Below, piece after piece: positions 25,801 through 37,800 of a DNA stretch of 64,000 bases. Origin of the DNA: Phoronis australis. Taxonomy: Eukaryota; Animalia; Phoronida. A program made the translations under genes and the position numbers. The notes beneath the pieces are model-generated. The model was given only the letters and a program-made list of their open reading frames with translations. It did not search any database and was not told the DNA's origin. The stretch spans positions 35,846-99,845 of the forward strand of contig NMRA01000814.1 of the NCBI GenBank assembly GCA_002633005.1. The letters are read 5' to 3'. Position 1 is the stretch's first letter. Every line of letters starts with the position of its first letter.

Positions 25801-28800
25801 GAACCCGGTGCTTTTATGTTAAAGGATTTGAGGTGCACCTTAAAGGAGGTGAGGTGCACCTTGTCCTAAAGGAGGTGAGGTGTACCTTGTCCTAAAGGAG
25901 GTGAGGTGCATCTTGTCCTAAAGGAGGTGTGGTGCACCTTGTCCTAAAAGAGGTGAGGTGCACCTTGTCCTAAAGGAGTTGTGGTGCACCTTGTCCTAGA
26001 AGAGGTGAGGTGCACCTTATCCTTAAGGAGGTGTGGTGCACCTTGTCCTAAAGGAGGTGAGATACATCTTGTCCTAAAGGAGGTGAGGTGCACCTTGTCC
26101 TAAAGGAGGTGAGGTGCACCTTAAAGAGATGAGGTGCACCTTCAAAAATGAGTTCAACGCAGACCAGTACAGAATATGTTTTAGACTAAAATTAATTCTG
26201 ACTGCTGAAATGTTGAAACCAGTTTAATGGTTTTGATTTCCTGTTTAAAGCGGCCATGAACTGGCATTCTGTCCAAGAAGCAGACTTTTGATTTAGGCCA
26301 CTTTCTGCTATAAAATTGATCTCAACACGTTGCTTACTGAGTTAAAAAGTGATTTGTGTTATTGTGTAGAACTTACAATTTGTTATTGCTTCGGGAGCGC
26401 TGGACACATATAATGTTGTTTGGTGACAAGACAACCTTGCTTCAGGAGCATGCTGGACACATATAATGTTGTTTGGTGACAAGCCAACCTTGCTTCAGGA
26501 GCATGCTGGACACATATAATGTTGTTTGGTGACAAGCCAACCTTGCTTCAGGAGCATGCTGGACACATATAATGTTGTTTGGTGACGAGCCCACCTGAGT
26601 AGCCTTGCCTCAAGCATTAACAAACTCAAATTTGACTAAGGAAACATTTTAGACCATCGCTGTTATCGTAAGTGCTCTAAATCAAAATTTGGTTCTTGTG
26701 ACGGAAGGACGTTTTTTGTCCCTTTACATGTGTAGTGGGTAGAAGCCAAGTTCCAATTTAAGTGCCAAATGCTCTTTAAGAAAATTTAGTGTTTTGCAAT
26801 AATGACTCTTTACTTGCTGTATACTAGCTTGAGTGCGACTCATCTCTCCTTAGTCTCTGCTACTATACAACAACTCAGTATCCAGCCTGACCAATAGGGA
26901 AAACAGTTGTCTGACCGACCTCTTGACCCTGCGAGTGCTTGACCTGCACGATAACTGTCTGGACAGCCTGCCAGACAACCTGGGTACTCTCAGAAATCTT
27001 CAGGTATGTTCACTTGACTGCTCTGTGACTGTATGTTCAGTTGGCTGCATAACGCTTAATCGTCGCGAGAGACCGTCCGGAGTTGGTATATGGTGCAACT
27101 CAGGACGGTCTGGGGTCTACACAAAACCACAATTCAACTGTGAGTCTACACCAATGTGATAAACGAGAGTAGTTCTACTTGTTGCGTCAGCTGCTGGTAT
27201 GCTTATTTCTTTTATGACACACAATGTGTGACTGGGCGAAGCGTTTTCAAAATAATGTGGATAAATCAGTGGAGTGTGAGACCCCTGAGGTCCCTGTCAA
27301 GTCCTCACGGCAATTTTACGTTATGGTGCTTTGTGTCTTCAGTTGACTGTGCTTTGTGACTGTATGTTCAGTTGACTGTGCTTTGTGACTGTATGTTCAG
27401 TTGACTGTGCTTTGTGACTGTATGTTCAGTTGACTGTGCTTTGTGACTGTATGTTCAGTTGACTGTGCTCTGTGACCATTGCTGTGCTGGGGTAGGAACA
27501 TAGGTATGCTTCTTTGGCAGACACAGATCTTAGGTGAGCTTTGTAGATGCAGGACCCTTGTGTGAGGCATGCTTTGTAGATGCAGGACCCTCGTGTGAGG
27601 CATGCTTTGTAGATGCAGGACCTTCGTGAAAAAGTCAAATAATACAAACTGCCACGACTGAGAGCAAAGTGTTCCATGAGTATCCTCGGGACATTTCAAG
27701 TATTCACTATCAAAATGACGGCCACTGAAGTGATTGGTTGGTGAGGTTGGAATGTTGAGTGATTGGTTGGCGAGGTTGAATGTTGAGTGATTAGTTGGTG
27801 AGGTTGGAATGTTGAGTGATTGGTTGGCCGAGGTTGGAATGTTGAGTGATTGGTTGGTGAGGTTGGAATGTTGAATTATGGAATAGAATTCACTGTTTCC
27901 ATTCCATTCCGTATAACTATATTTTGAGTGTCTCTTGTTTAGGGAAGTGGCCCTATTTCATAAACACGATTCATGCTTATTGTGAAAACCTGGAATATGC
28001 TCAAAATATTTGGAAAATGTATAAGTTTGTGGGAAATTGTGTATAATTATATCACCTTCATTTTACAAGTCATGTAGGTTGAAGATTTTGTGGGTTGAGT
28101 TTCATTTTGACTTAGTGATAATTGACAAAAATTGTAAATCAATGCAGTGTCTACGTTTAGTGAGAAGAAAATGAAAATTATATCCTGTAAAAATCATCAG
28201 GGACATCAAAAAATTATGTTTGAATTGCAACCAAGCTGAACTATTGGCCAAACAATGGTCAAGGCTGTGTTCTTATTGATTTATGACTGGCTACTAAAGG
28301 GGTGTTACAAAAAGTTGGGCCCTTAAATAAGGACCTGGAATCTGTTCAAGTATGGAACTTAAAGGCAAAGGCAACCCTTTTTCATATCTTTTTAGCAAAA
28401 ATAAGGTTAGTTGGTTATCCCAGACATATTTTCCACTTAATTACAGCTTTTCGTAATTTAATTAATTATTCGTTCCTGCTCCGGGAGTGACGTTTTTGGA
28501 GGCAAGCATTTCGCGCCAATTTCTTTTCATATAGTCTGACTGTGAGAGCTGCGGAGTCAGTCATTGTTCTATCTCAGTTGTGATAAGTTCGGCCGTCGTT
28601 TGCTATAAATTTGTTTACGAGTCAGTCAACATGCCACACTGTTGCTGCGTACCGGAATGTACTCATTATCGTCTCACGGACAGAGGAGCAACTGTCCCAT
28701 TTGCCCGGCCGAGTGTACCGCGACACACTCCCACCAGATAGTGACCTGAGCACACAAACTGCTTACATCCCGCTGTGTGACTCCCTCGCCCGCCACCTGG

Positions 28801-31800
28801 CACCTTCTCCTGGCTCCAGTACTTTAGACAAGTCCACAATAAACTTATCAAAGTTTGGCTCACCGATCTGTTCATTGAATGACGAACTGTACTCTTCACT
28901 GACTGGACCTGTATTCACTCCCACTACTCAACATTGCAGCAGGGCTGCTTACAGCCTTTGGGCCATTATGAGTTCATCCTGGTATGCAGCAACAGTGTGG
29001 CATATTGACTGACTCGTAAATAAAAGCAAACGACAACCGAACTTATCACAACCGGGGTAGCTCGACAGCTCTCGTAATCAGACTATATGAAAAGAAATTG
29101 GCGCGAAATGCTTGCCTCCCAAAACGTCACTTCTGGTGAAGAAAACGAATATTTAATAAAATTACGAAAAGCTGTAACCAAGTTGAGAATATGTCTGGGA
29201 TAACCAACGAACCTTATTTTTGCTAAAAATGAAATGAAAAAAGGTTGCCTTCATCTTTAAGACCTTTTCTGATTGCAAGCCTGATTTACAATGTACAACT
29301 TTTGTGATTAAAAACAGGTTCAAAAGAAACTTTAAATTCTGGCAAAAAAAGATTTTTTAAATTCCGTCCATAAAGACTTATTGTTAGTGAAACTCGGTAT
29401 TTGATGCAAGTTAAAGGGTTCTTAAAGCTACTTGTCTTCTTAGTGAAATAGTCCTCAGCTTCTCAAAGTCAAAAGTATTCTCTTGTGTTAGTGGCTGGTG
29501 TAGAAGTACCTCCTTTTACCACTAGGGGGCAGTAGTAGTGGTCTTCTGTGACCTATTGCGAGTTGTTACTTTGCTAAAGTCTTACATGGAGTAGGGTAAA
29601 TTTGAGGTATGACTATAGAGAGAACAATATCTACAAAGTTGGTGTATCTTCTTTCTGTAATGTTGTAAGTTGTCATTTTATGAGAATTTTGAGAACACTT
29701 TAAGTACAGATTGACACTGACAATTTTTCAGTGATGGTAATATGTCTGCTACTTCATCATGGTAATACAAAGGTTAACATCTATCATTTTCCTTTGGCAG
29801 GTCCTGAACTTGGAAGGGAACAAACTGAAAAGTTTGCCAGACAGTATAAATGAACTGAATGCCCTACAGACACTCAATGTTAGAAGTAAGAAACCCAGCA
29901 TTTCATTTCCAGCTATGTATTTCCAGCTATTTATTGTGATGATAAGTCAAGTTATAAAGTGTCAACTTCCAACTGGAGTAAATTTTCTTCTAGTTTCTCT
30001 AACTGCATTTGCCATCAGTTGGATGAAACTTGAGAACAGATTTTCATAATAATTTTTGTAAAAACTGCATTTTATTGGACTTCAAATAAAGTTCAAAACA
30101 AGATTGTCATGTAAAAACATAGTACAGATGATCTGATACTTGCTGCATCAGCCGTATGCAGGTCGTACAGCCAGCCACACAGTCAGTCGCATAGCCAGCC
30201 GCACAGTCAGTCGCATAGCCAGCCGCACAGCCATCCCCATAGCACTAAACATAAGAATCAAGTTTTCGTTCATTCAGAAAGACATACAACACATGGGCAT
30301 TCACACAAATTAAGATCAAGGTGAGGAGCTAGAGACCTGACTGCAGGACCCAGCTGTGGGGTACAGTGAGGTTTGATATACCACTTTGTGAACAGGAGGC
30401 AGGCACTCAACTCACTAGGACACAACTGATTGTTATGATGAAAACAGTACTGTTCAGAAATTGATGTTTTATGGAGGAGACCTCTAGAAGATGACTTAGA
30501 AATGGTTTAGTATAGACCATCGGGTTCATGTAAGGCGATATTTTTTCAAAATGAGACAATATTATTTAGTCTCAAAGTGTGCGGAACGGTTCCGCACTTT
30601 GTTAATATCCACTTAGGGCCATAAAAATGGTATGTAGCAAATCTATACCTTACCCTAAACATGTTTACAATGTTACATTTTTATTTACTCAATTAGCATT
30701 TTCTTAATTAGAAGTTCAATTTTTGCCTTGCGGAATGTTCCACACCCTTGCGGAACATTCCGCACTCAGTGCGGAATCTTCCGCAGATTTTGCGGAATAT
30801 TACGCACTGCGCAAGTTTTGTGGAATACTGTGACTTGAGAAATATTATGTATATTTTGTGGAATAATAATCAAAATAATAATTTAGTTTTAAAAATGAAT
30901 GTGAAAGTTCCTGAACGATTCCACAAACAGAAAAGTTTAGCACAGGACTAAAATTTTTAATTTTCTCCGGCCCAATAAACATGAATTACATTCCATTCTG
31001 AATAGTACTTAAGAGTATAATGTGCCCACTCTCAATAATATATTAATCAATGTGACGGTTGCAGAAGGGTTCCACATGCGGAACGGTTCCGCAAACAGAA
31101 TAGTTTTTTGAAGAACACAATTTTTTTAATTGTCATGACCAATAAAGTTAAAATGCATTCCATAATCAATACCACTTGAAAGTATCAATGTGACAATCCT
31201 AATAATAATTACTTGATCCATGTGACAGTTGCGGAACCATTCCGCATGCGAAACCGTTCTGTATAGGGAGCAATTTCCCAAAACGAATGGTTTTGCTGGG
31301 TATTTGATTTCACCAATCAACTTCAATTGCAATACATTATCAATGCCACTTGAAAGTATCGATGTGACAATCCTAACAGTAATTAGTTGATCAATGTGAC
31401 AGTTGCGGAACTGTTCCGCATGCGGAACCGTTCCGCAAACAATACTTTTGTGATCCTCACAAGTTTTAAAAAAATTTTCTTGCACATTTCAGTTGAAATA
31501 TACTCTATTCTCAATAGCATATGGAAATATCAATGTGTCAACATGAGCAATGATTAATCAGTGGGGAACTTGCTGAATGGTTTGTGATGCAGTAACCTAC
31601 CTCAAGCAGACTCGGGGGAAAAATCAACATATTGTCTATGACATTTTATTGCTTTTGGTAGAACCTTAACACAAGCCACGAAATATTCGAATCTTAACGT
31701 TCAACAAGCATTAAACATCAAAGTATCAGAATTTCTACCCCAACCATAATTAATTATTAAAAGTGACAGTTGCGGAACCGTTCCGCATGCGGAACCGTTC

Positions 31801-34800
31801 CGCAGACAATACTTTTGTGATCCTCATAAGTTTTAAAAAAGTTTTCTTGCACATTTCAGTTCAAATATAATCTATTCTCAATAGCATATGGAAATATCAA
31901 TGTGTCAACATGAACAATGATTGATCAGTGGGGAACTTGCTGAATGGTTTGTGATGCAGAAATCTACCTCAAGCAGACTCGCGAAAAATTGACATCTTGT
32001 CTATGCCATTTTATCGCTTTTGGCAGAACCTTAACACAAGCCATGAAATATTGAAATCTTAACGTACAACAAGCATTAAACATAAAAGTATCAGAATTTC
32101 TACCCTAACAATAATTAATTATTAAAAGTGACAATTGCGGAACCGTTCCACATGTGGAACCATTCCGCAAACAATACTGTTGTGATCCTCACAAGTTTTA
32201 AAAAAATTTTCTTGCACATTTCAGTTGAAATATACTCTATTCTCAATAGCATATGGAAATATCAATGTGTCAACATGAGCAATGATTAATCAGTGGGGAA
32301 CTTGCTGAATGGTTTGTGATGCAGTAACCTACCTCAAGCAGACTCGGGGGAAAAATCAACATATTGTCTATGACATTTTACTGCTTTTGGTAGAACCTTA
32401 ACACAAGCCACGAAATATTCGAATCTTAACGTTCAACAAGCATTAAACATCAAAGTATCAGAATTTCTACCCCAACCATAATTAATTATTAAAAGTGACA
32501 GTTGCGGAACCGTTCCGCATGCGGAACCGTTCTCCATGGGGAGCGATTTCCCAAACAAAATGGTTTTATGGGGTATTTCTTTTCACCAATCATATTAAAA
32601 GGCATTCATTTTTCAATGCCACTTAAAACTTTCGACGTGACAATCCTAACAGTAATTAGTTGATCAATGTGACAGTTGCGGAACCATTCCGCATGCGGAA
32701 CCGTACCGCAAACAATACTTATGTGATCCTCACAAGTTTTAAATAATTTTTCTTGCACATATCAGTTGAAACATACTCTATTCTCAATAGAATATGAAAA
32801 TATCAATGAGTCAACATGAACACTGATTTATGAGTGGGGAACTTGCTGAATGGTTCGTAATGCAGAAACCTACCTCAAGAAGACTCGAGAAAAATTGACA
32901 TCTTGTATATGCCATTTTACCTCTTTTGACAGAACCTTAACACAAGTCATGAAATATTCAAATCTCAACGTACAAAAAGCATTAAACATCAAAGTATCAG
33001 AATTTCTACACTAACAATAATTAATTAATAAAAGTGACAGTTGCGGAACCATTCCGCATGCGGAACCGTTCCGCAAACAATGCTTTTGTGATCCTCACAA
33101 GTTTTAAAAAATTTTTCTTGCACATTTCAGTTAAAATATACTCTATTCTCAATAGCATATGGAAATATCAATGAGTCAACATGAACAATGATTTATGAGT
33201 GGGGAACTTGCTGAATGGTTTGTGATGCAGAAACCTACTTTAAGCAGACTCGAGAAAAATAGACATCTTGTGTATGCCATTTTACCTCTTTTGACAGAAC
33301 CTTAACACAAGTCATGAAATATTCAAATTTTAACGTACAAGAAGCATTAAACATAAAAGTATCAGAATTCTACCCTAACAATAATTAATAAAAGTGACAA
33401 TTGCGGAACTTCCGCATGCGGAAAAATTCCGCATGGGGAGCGATTTCGGAAACCGAATGGTTTTGCGTGGTATTTGATTTCACCAGTCAACTTAAAATGC
33501 ATTCCATTATCAATGCCACTTGAAAGTATTGATGTGACAATCCTAACAGTAATTAGTTGATCAATGTGACAGTTGCGGAGGCGTTCCGCATGCGGAATTG
33601 TTCCGCAAACAATACTTTTGTGATCCTCACAAGTTTTAAAAAAATTTTCTGGTAGATTCCAGTTGAAATATACTGTACTCTCAATAGCATATGGAAATAT
33701 CAATGAGTCAACATGAACAGTGATTTATGAGTGGGGAACTTGCTGAATGGTTTGTGATGCAGAAACCTTCATGAAGCAGACTCGCGAAAAATTGACATCT
33801 TGTCTATGCCATTTTACCACTTTTGGCAGAACCTTAACACAAGCCATGAAATATTCAAATCTTAACGTACAACAAGCATTAAACACAAAAGTATCAAAAT
33901 TTCTACCCTAACAATAATTAATTAATATAAGTGACAGTTGCGGAACATTTCTGCATACGGAACCGTTCCGCAAACTATAGTTTTGTGGAGCTCACAATTT
34001 TTTAAACTTCTTACACATTAAGGTTGAAATATATTCTATTCTCAATAACACGTGAAAATATCAATGTCTCATCATGAGCAATAATCAGTGAGGAACTTGC
34101 TGAATGGTTTTTGATGCAAAAACCTACCCCTAGCAGACTCGGAAAAATTGATATCTTGTCTATGCCATTTTACCGCTTTTGGTAGAATGTTAATACATGA
34201 TACGGAATATTCAAATGTTAATGTGCCGTAACGAGTATGAAACATATATGTATAAGAATTTGTACCGTAACAATAATTAACTAATAAATGGAACACTTGC
34301 GGAACCGTTCCGCAGGATGTCAATTTTATATAATAATATTTCCCAGTTAAATGGTTTTCTTACATCAGTGTTAGAGCACATAATTATTTTTCCATGATTT
34401 TTGGGTACCTCAGAATTGAGCATTTTGCCTTCTATGTAAAAATTTAATCGGAAAAATTAATTTTAAAAAATTTTTTCTTTAATGTCCTGTGTATGTGCAA
34501 TGACATGAGCAAAAAAGTAGGGTTCCCAATTAGTTTTCAAGCAACAGGTATCTTAGCTCAAACAGAAAATTCACTTTCTCAAAAATATGCTAAATTTCAC
34601 AACTGCAGCTTTGATTCACCACATGATGATTTTGCCCTATCGTTGGGAATGTGAAAAACGTTTAAGTTAAAGGGAATAAACTAACGAAACAAATTTTATC
34701 GTAAATGAATTAAAATTTGCTGGTGTACAACGAATTAAGATGCAGTCTTGTATAGTGTCTACACTTTTGTTTGTTAAAGAATTTATTTACGAATGAGTAG

Positions 34801-37800
34801 AAAGTAAAAATAGCAAAGTACTATTTGAATGACCACGTGATTCAACAGCCCAAAGATGGTAAAATATTGTTCTTGTTTAAATAAGTTTGGATGTGCAAAA
34901 ATGCGGCTGCCATAGTTTTGGGTTCTCCTTGTTATATCAGCAGATGCCACAATTTAGAACAAAAACAATTGCCAAAGTTGCCATTTTTCCAGTTTAACAA
35001 GTAGCGAAGTAAATGTTTTCATCCTTTTTCCTTTTGTTGAAAATTTGACAAAACAAAATTTTACTGTTCCACCATATTGCGTTACAAATTGAGGAATCTT
35101 TACTTCAATGTATAGAGACCCTATCACTCTAGCCAAGGTGTGGGAAATCTTTCTTAGCCACTGAAGTTAAATTGCCAATCTCCTGTTGTCCTCTGCATGG
35201 TAGTGTGATGCAAACAGAGCAATAAATGGTCAATACAGCTTGGAGGTCAACCTGCCAGTGTGTCAACTGGTTTATAACAGTTGGACTTTGATTCAGAGAT
35301 TTTGAGATTGTGCACCCATAAATTAGGAACCTGGTGAAAAGCAATGGTGTAAAGTAGAGGTTTAAAGATGGTGAAAAGTAAAAGTGCATACAAAGAAAAG
35401 AAAAAAATACAAATTTATCAAAGACAGAACAACAAGTTTCAGGCCAAAAGAATCCTCAAATATAACACATGAATTGAATGTAGAGAATACAGCGCTTTTG
35501 TGACAAACTTGTTCACTGTTTTGGGTACTACAGTTGCTTATACTGGTATGAAAAATATCCATAAAAACTCCAGCATAGAATGAAGTTAAAGTTTAATAAG
35601 TTATTATGCACCTAAAATACTTTAATTCTAAGGTGATTGCATTAGAATTAAATGGTCAAGTTCTAAGAAAAAGTGAACAATGACCTAGCAGTGTGCATAA
35701 ACATTTTTAGGAATATATGATTAGTTGCTTAAATTTACTATCCCTCTTGGTGAGTGACTGTCTATTCTCAAGCAGTTCCTTAGTAGTTCTGGCAAAGCCA
35801 ACAATGCAGGGTATTAACTGATGTTATCAGGCTTGGCCTGAGCTAACTAATTCGATTACATAACTGGATACCACTGTGGGGATAGTACTGGTTTTGAAAT
35901 GAAATGGGGATGGTCAACCACAATTAGATATGACTGTTGAACTGCATATCTGATCCATATGAAAGTCTAGATTCATCAGCATCAATCAGTTTCACAACAG
36001 GCTAGTAGTTCATTTGTCACTTGCAATGTTAGTTTTTTCACTCTCATTAATGTTATCACCAGAATTGGTGAAGGTGGTATGGGGTGCCCTTGCCAGTTCT
36101 TGTAGTCAGTCTTAAATAAACAAAATTTGAGAAATTTCACTGTCTCACTCTTACAGACATTCACACACATAATTTGAAAATGGTGATACCAAAGATAATA
36201 AAAATACCAATAATAATAACACCTGGTAATTCTGATATTACTAATAGTAATTAGAACAATAAAAACATGTAGTAACTACTGCTATTATTACTATTTAAAC
36301 GGCAGAGAAAACTGAGACTGTTGGGCTCTGGAAATGAAAAAATATTATACCCCTATGGATATGGAATTGTGCGGTATTCAAAAGGCGTGGGTAATGAGCT
36401 TCGATTTTTAAAAGAATTTTGACAGCGTTGTATAGATATAGAAAATCAAATGTGGCAAGAAGCTGTAAATTAGATACATAGCAATTTTTCAAATTACATC
36501 TTAAAATGGAAAATATTAGACATAGAGAAACCGTGTATGAAGTCCCCACTGGTGCATATTTGATGCACAAATCATTCGCTGATGATAGAATGATAAAGCT
36601 TGGACAACATTTTGAATGCTGAGAGAAGTTAAACTTCGTTCAAGTTGGGACATTCGAAAAATTGAAAACAAGTACCTGACTTTTTAATTGTGTCCCCAGG
36701 CCTTAGAATTAGTTTTTAGATTCCAGTTGTCTCTTGAGAACTGTCCATATATTTTTCAAAAGTTATGCAAGCTAATGAAGAACCAAGTGAAAAGAAATGT
36801 TGTGAAGTTCATGTTTTTGCTAATAAGTGTAAACTGTCTGTACTAAACGATGATCGAATGTGAACATAATAATGAGAATGAGCTCCACAAAGCCATTGTT
36901 TCTGGAACCATTCTGCTTGCGGAACAAATCCGAAACAGTCACATTGATCAACTAATTATTGTTAGGATTGTCACATTGATACTTTCAAGTGGTATTCAGA
37001 ATGGGATGCATTTTAACTTTATTGGGCAACACAAAAACCCCGCAAAACCATTCTGTGTGGAAAATCGTTCCGCATGCGAAACGGTTCCGCAACTCACATT
37101 TATGAAATAATTATTGTTAGGGTAGAAATTCTGATACATTCATGTTTATGCTTTTTGCACACTAAGATTTGAATATTTCCTGACTTGTGTTAAACTCTAC
37201 CATGAGCGGTTAAATGGCATAACCAAATGTCAATTTTTCCCGAGTCAGCTTGAGGTAGGTTTCTACAACACAAACCATTCAGCAAGTTCATCACTGATTA
37301 ATTATGGTTCATGTTGACACATTGATATGTCCATGTGTTATTGACAATAGAATGTATTTCAACTTTAATTCGCAAGCATCAATTTAAAAAAATGTGAGCT
37401 CCACAAAACCATTGTTTGCGGAACGGTTCAGTAACTGTCATATTGACCACCTAATTATTGTCAGGATTGTCAGATTGATACTTTCAAGTGGCATTGATAA
37501 TAGAATGCATTTTAAGTTCATTGAGCAAAACAAATACCAAGCAAAACCATTCTGTTTGGGAAAACGCTACCCATGCGGAATGATTCCGCTTGCAGAACAG
37601 TTCCGCAACTGTCACATTGATCAACTAGTTACAGTTAGGATTGTCACATCGATACTTTCAGGTGGCATTGATAATGGAATGCATTTTCAGTTGATTGGTG
37701 AAATAAAAACCCCGCAAAACCATTCTGTTTCGGAAATCGCTCCCCAAGCAGAATTTTTCCGCATGCGGAACGGTTCCCCAACTGTCACTTTTATTAATTA

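Noticed and set aside
31050-34315. CRISPR-like array (palindromic repeat at regular spacing)
   Set aside because: The intervening sequences are 140-330 bp and are copies of one another rather than unique spacers; there are no cas genes and the context is a eukaryotic intron.
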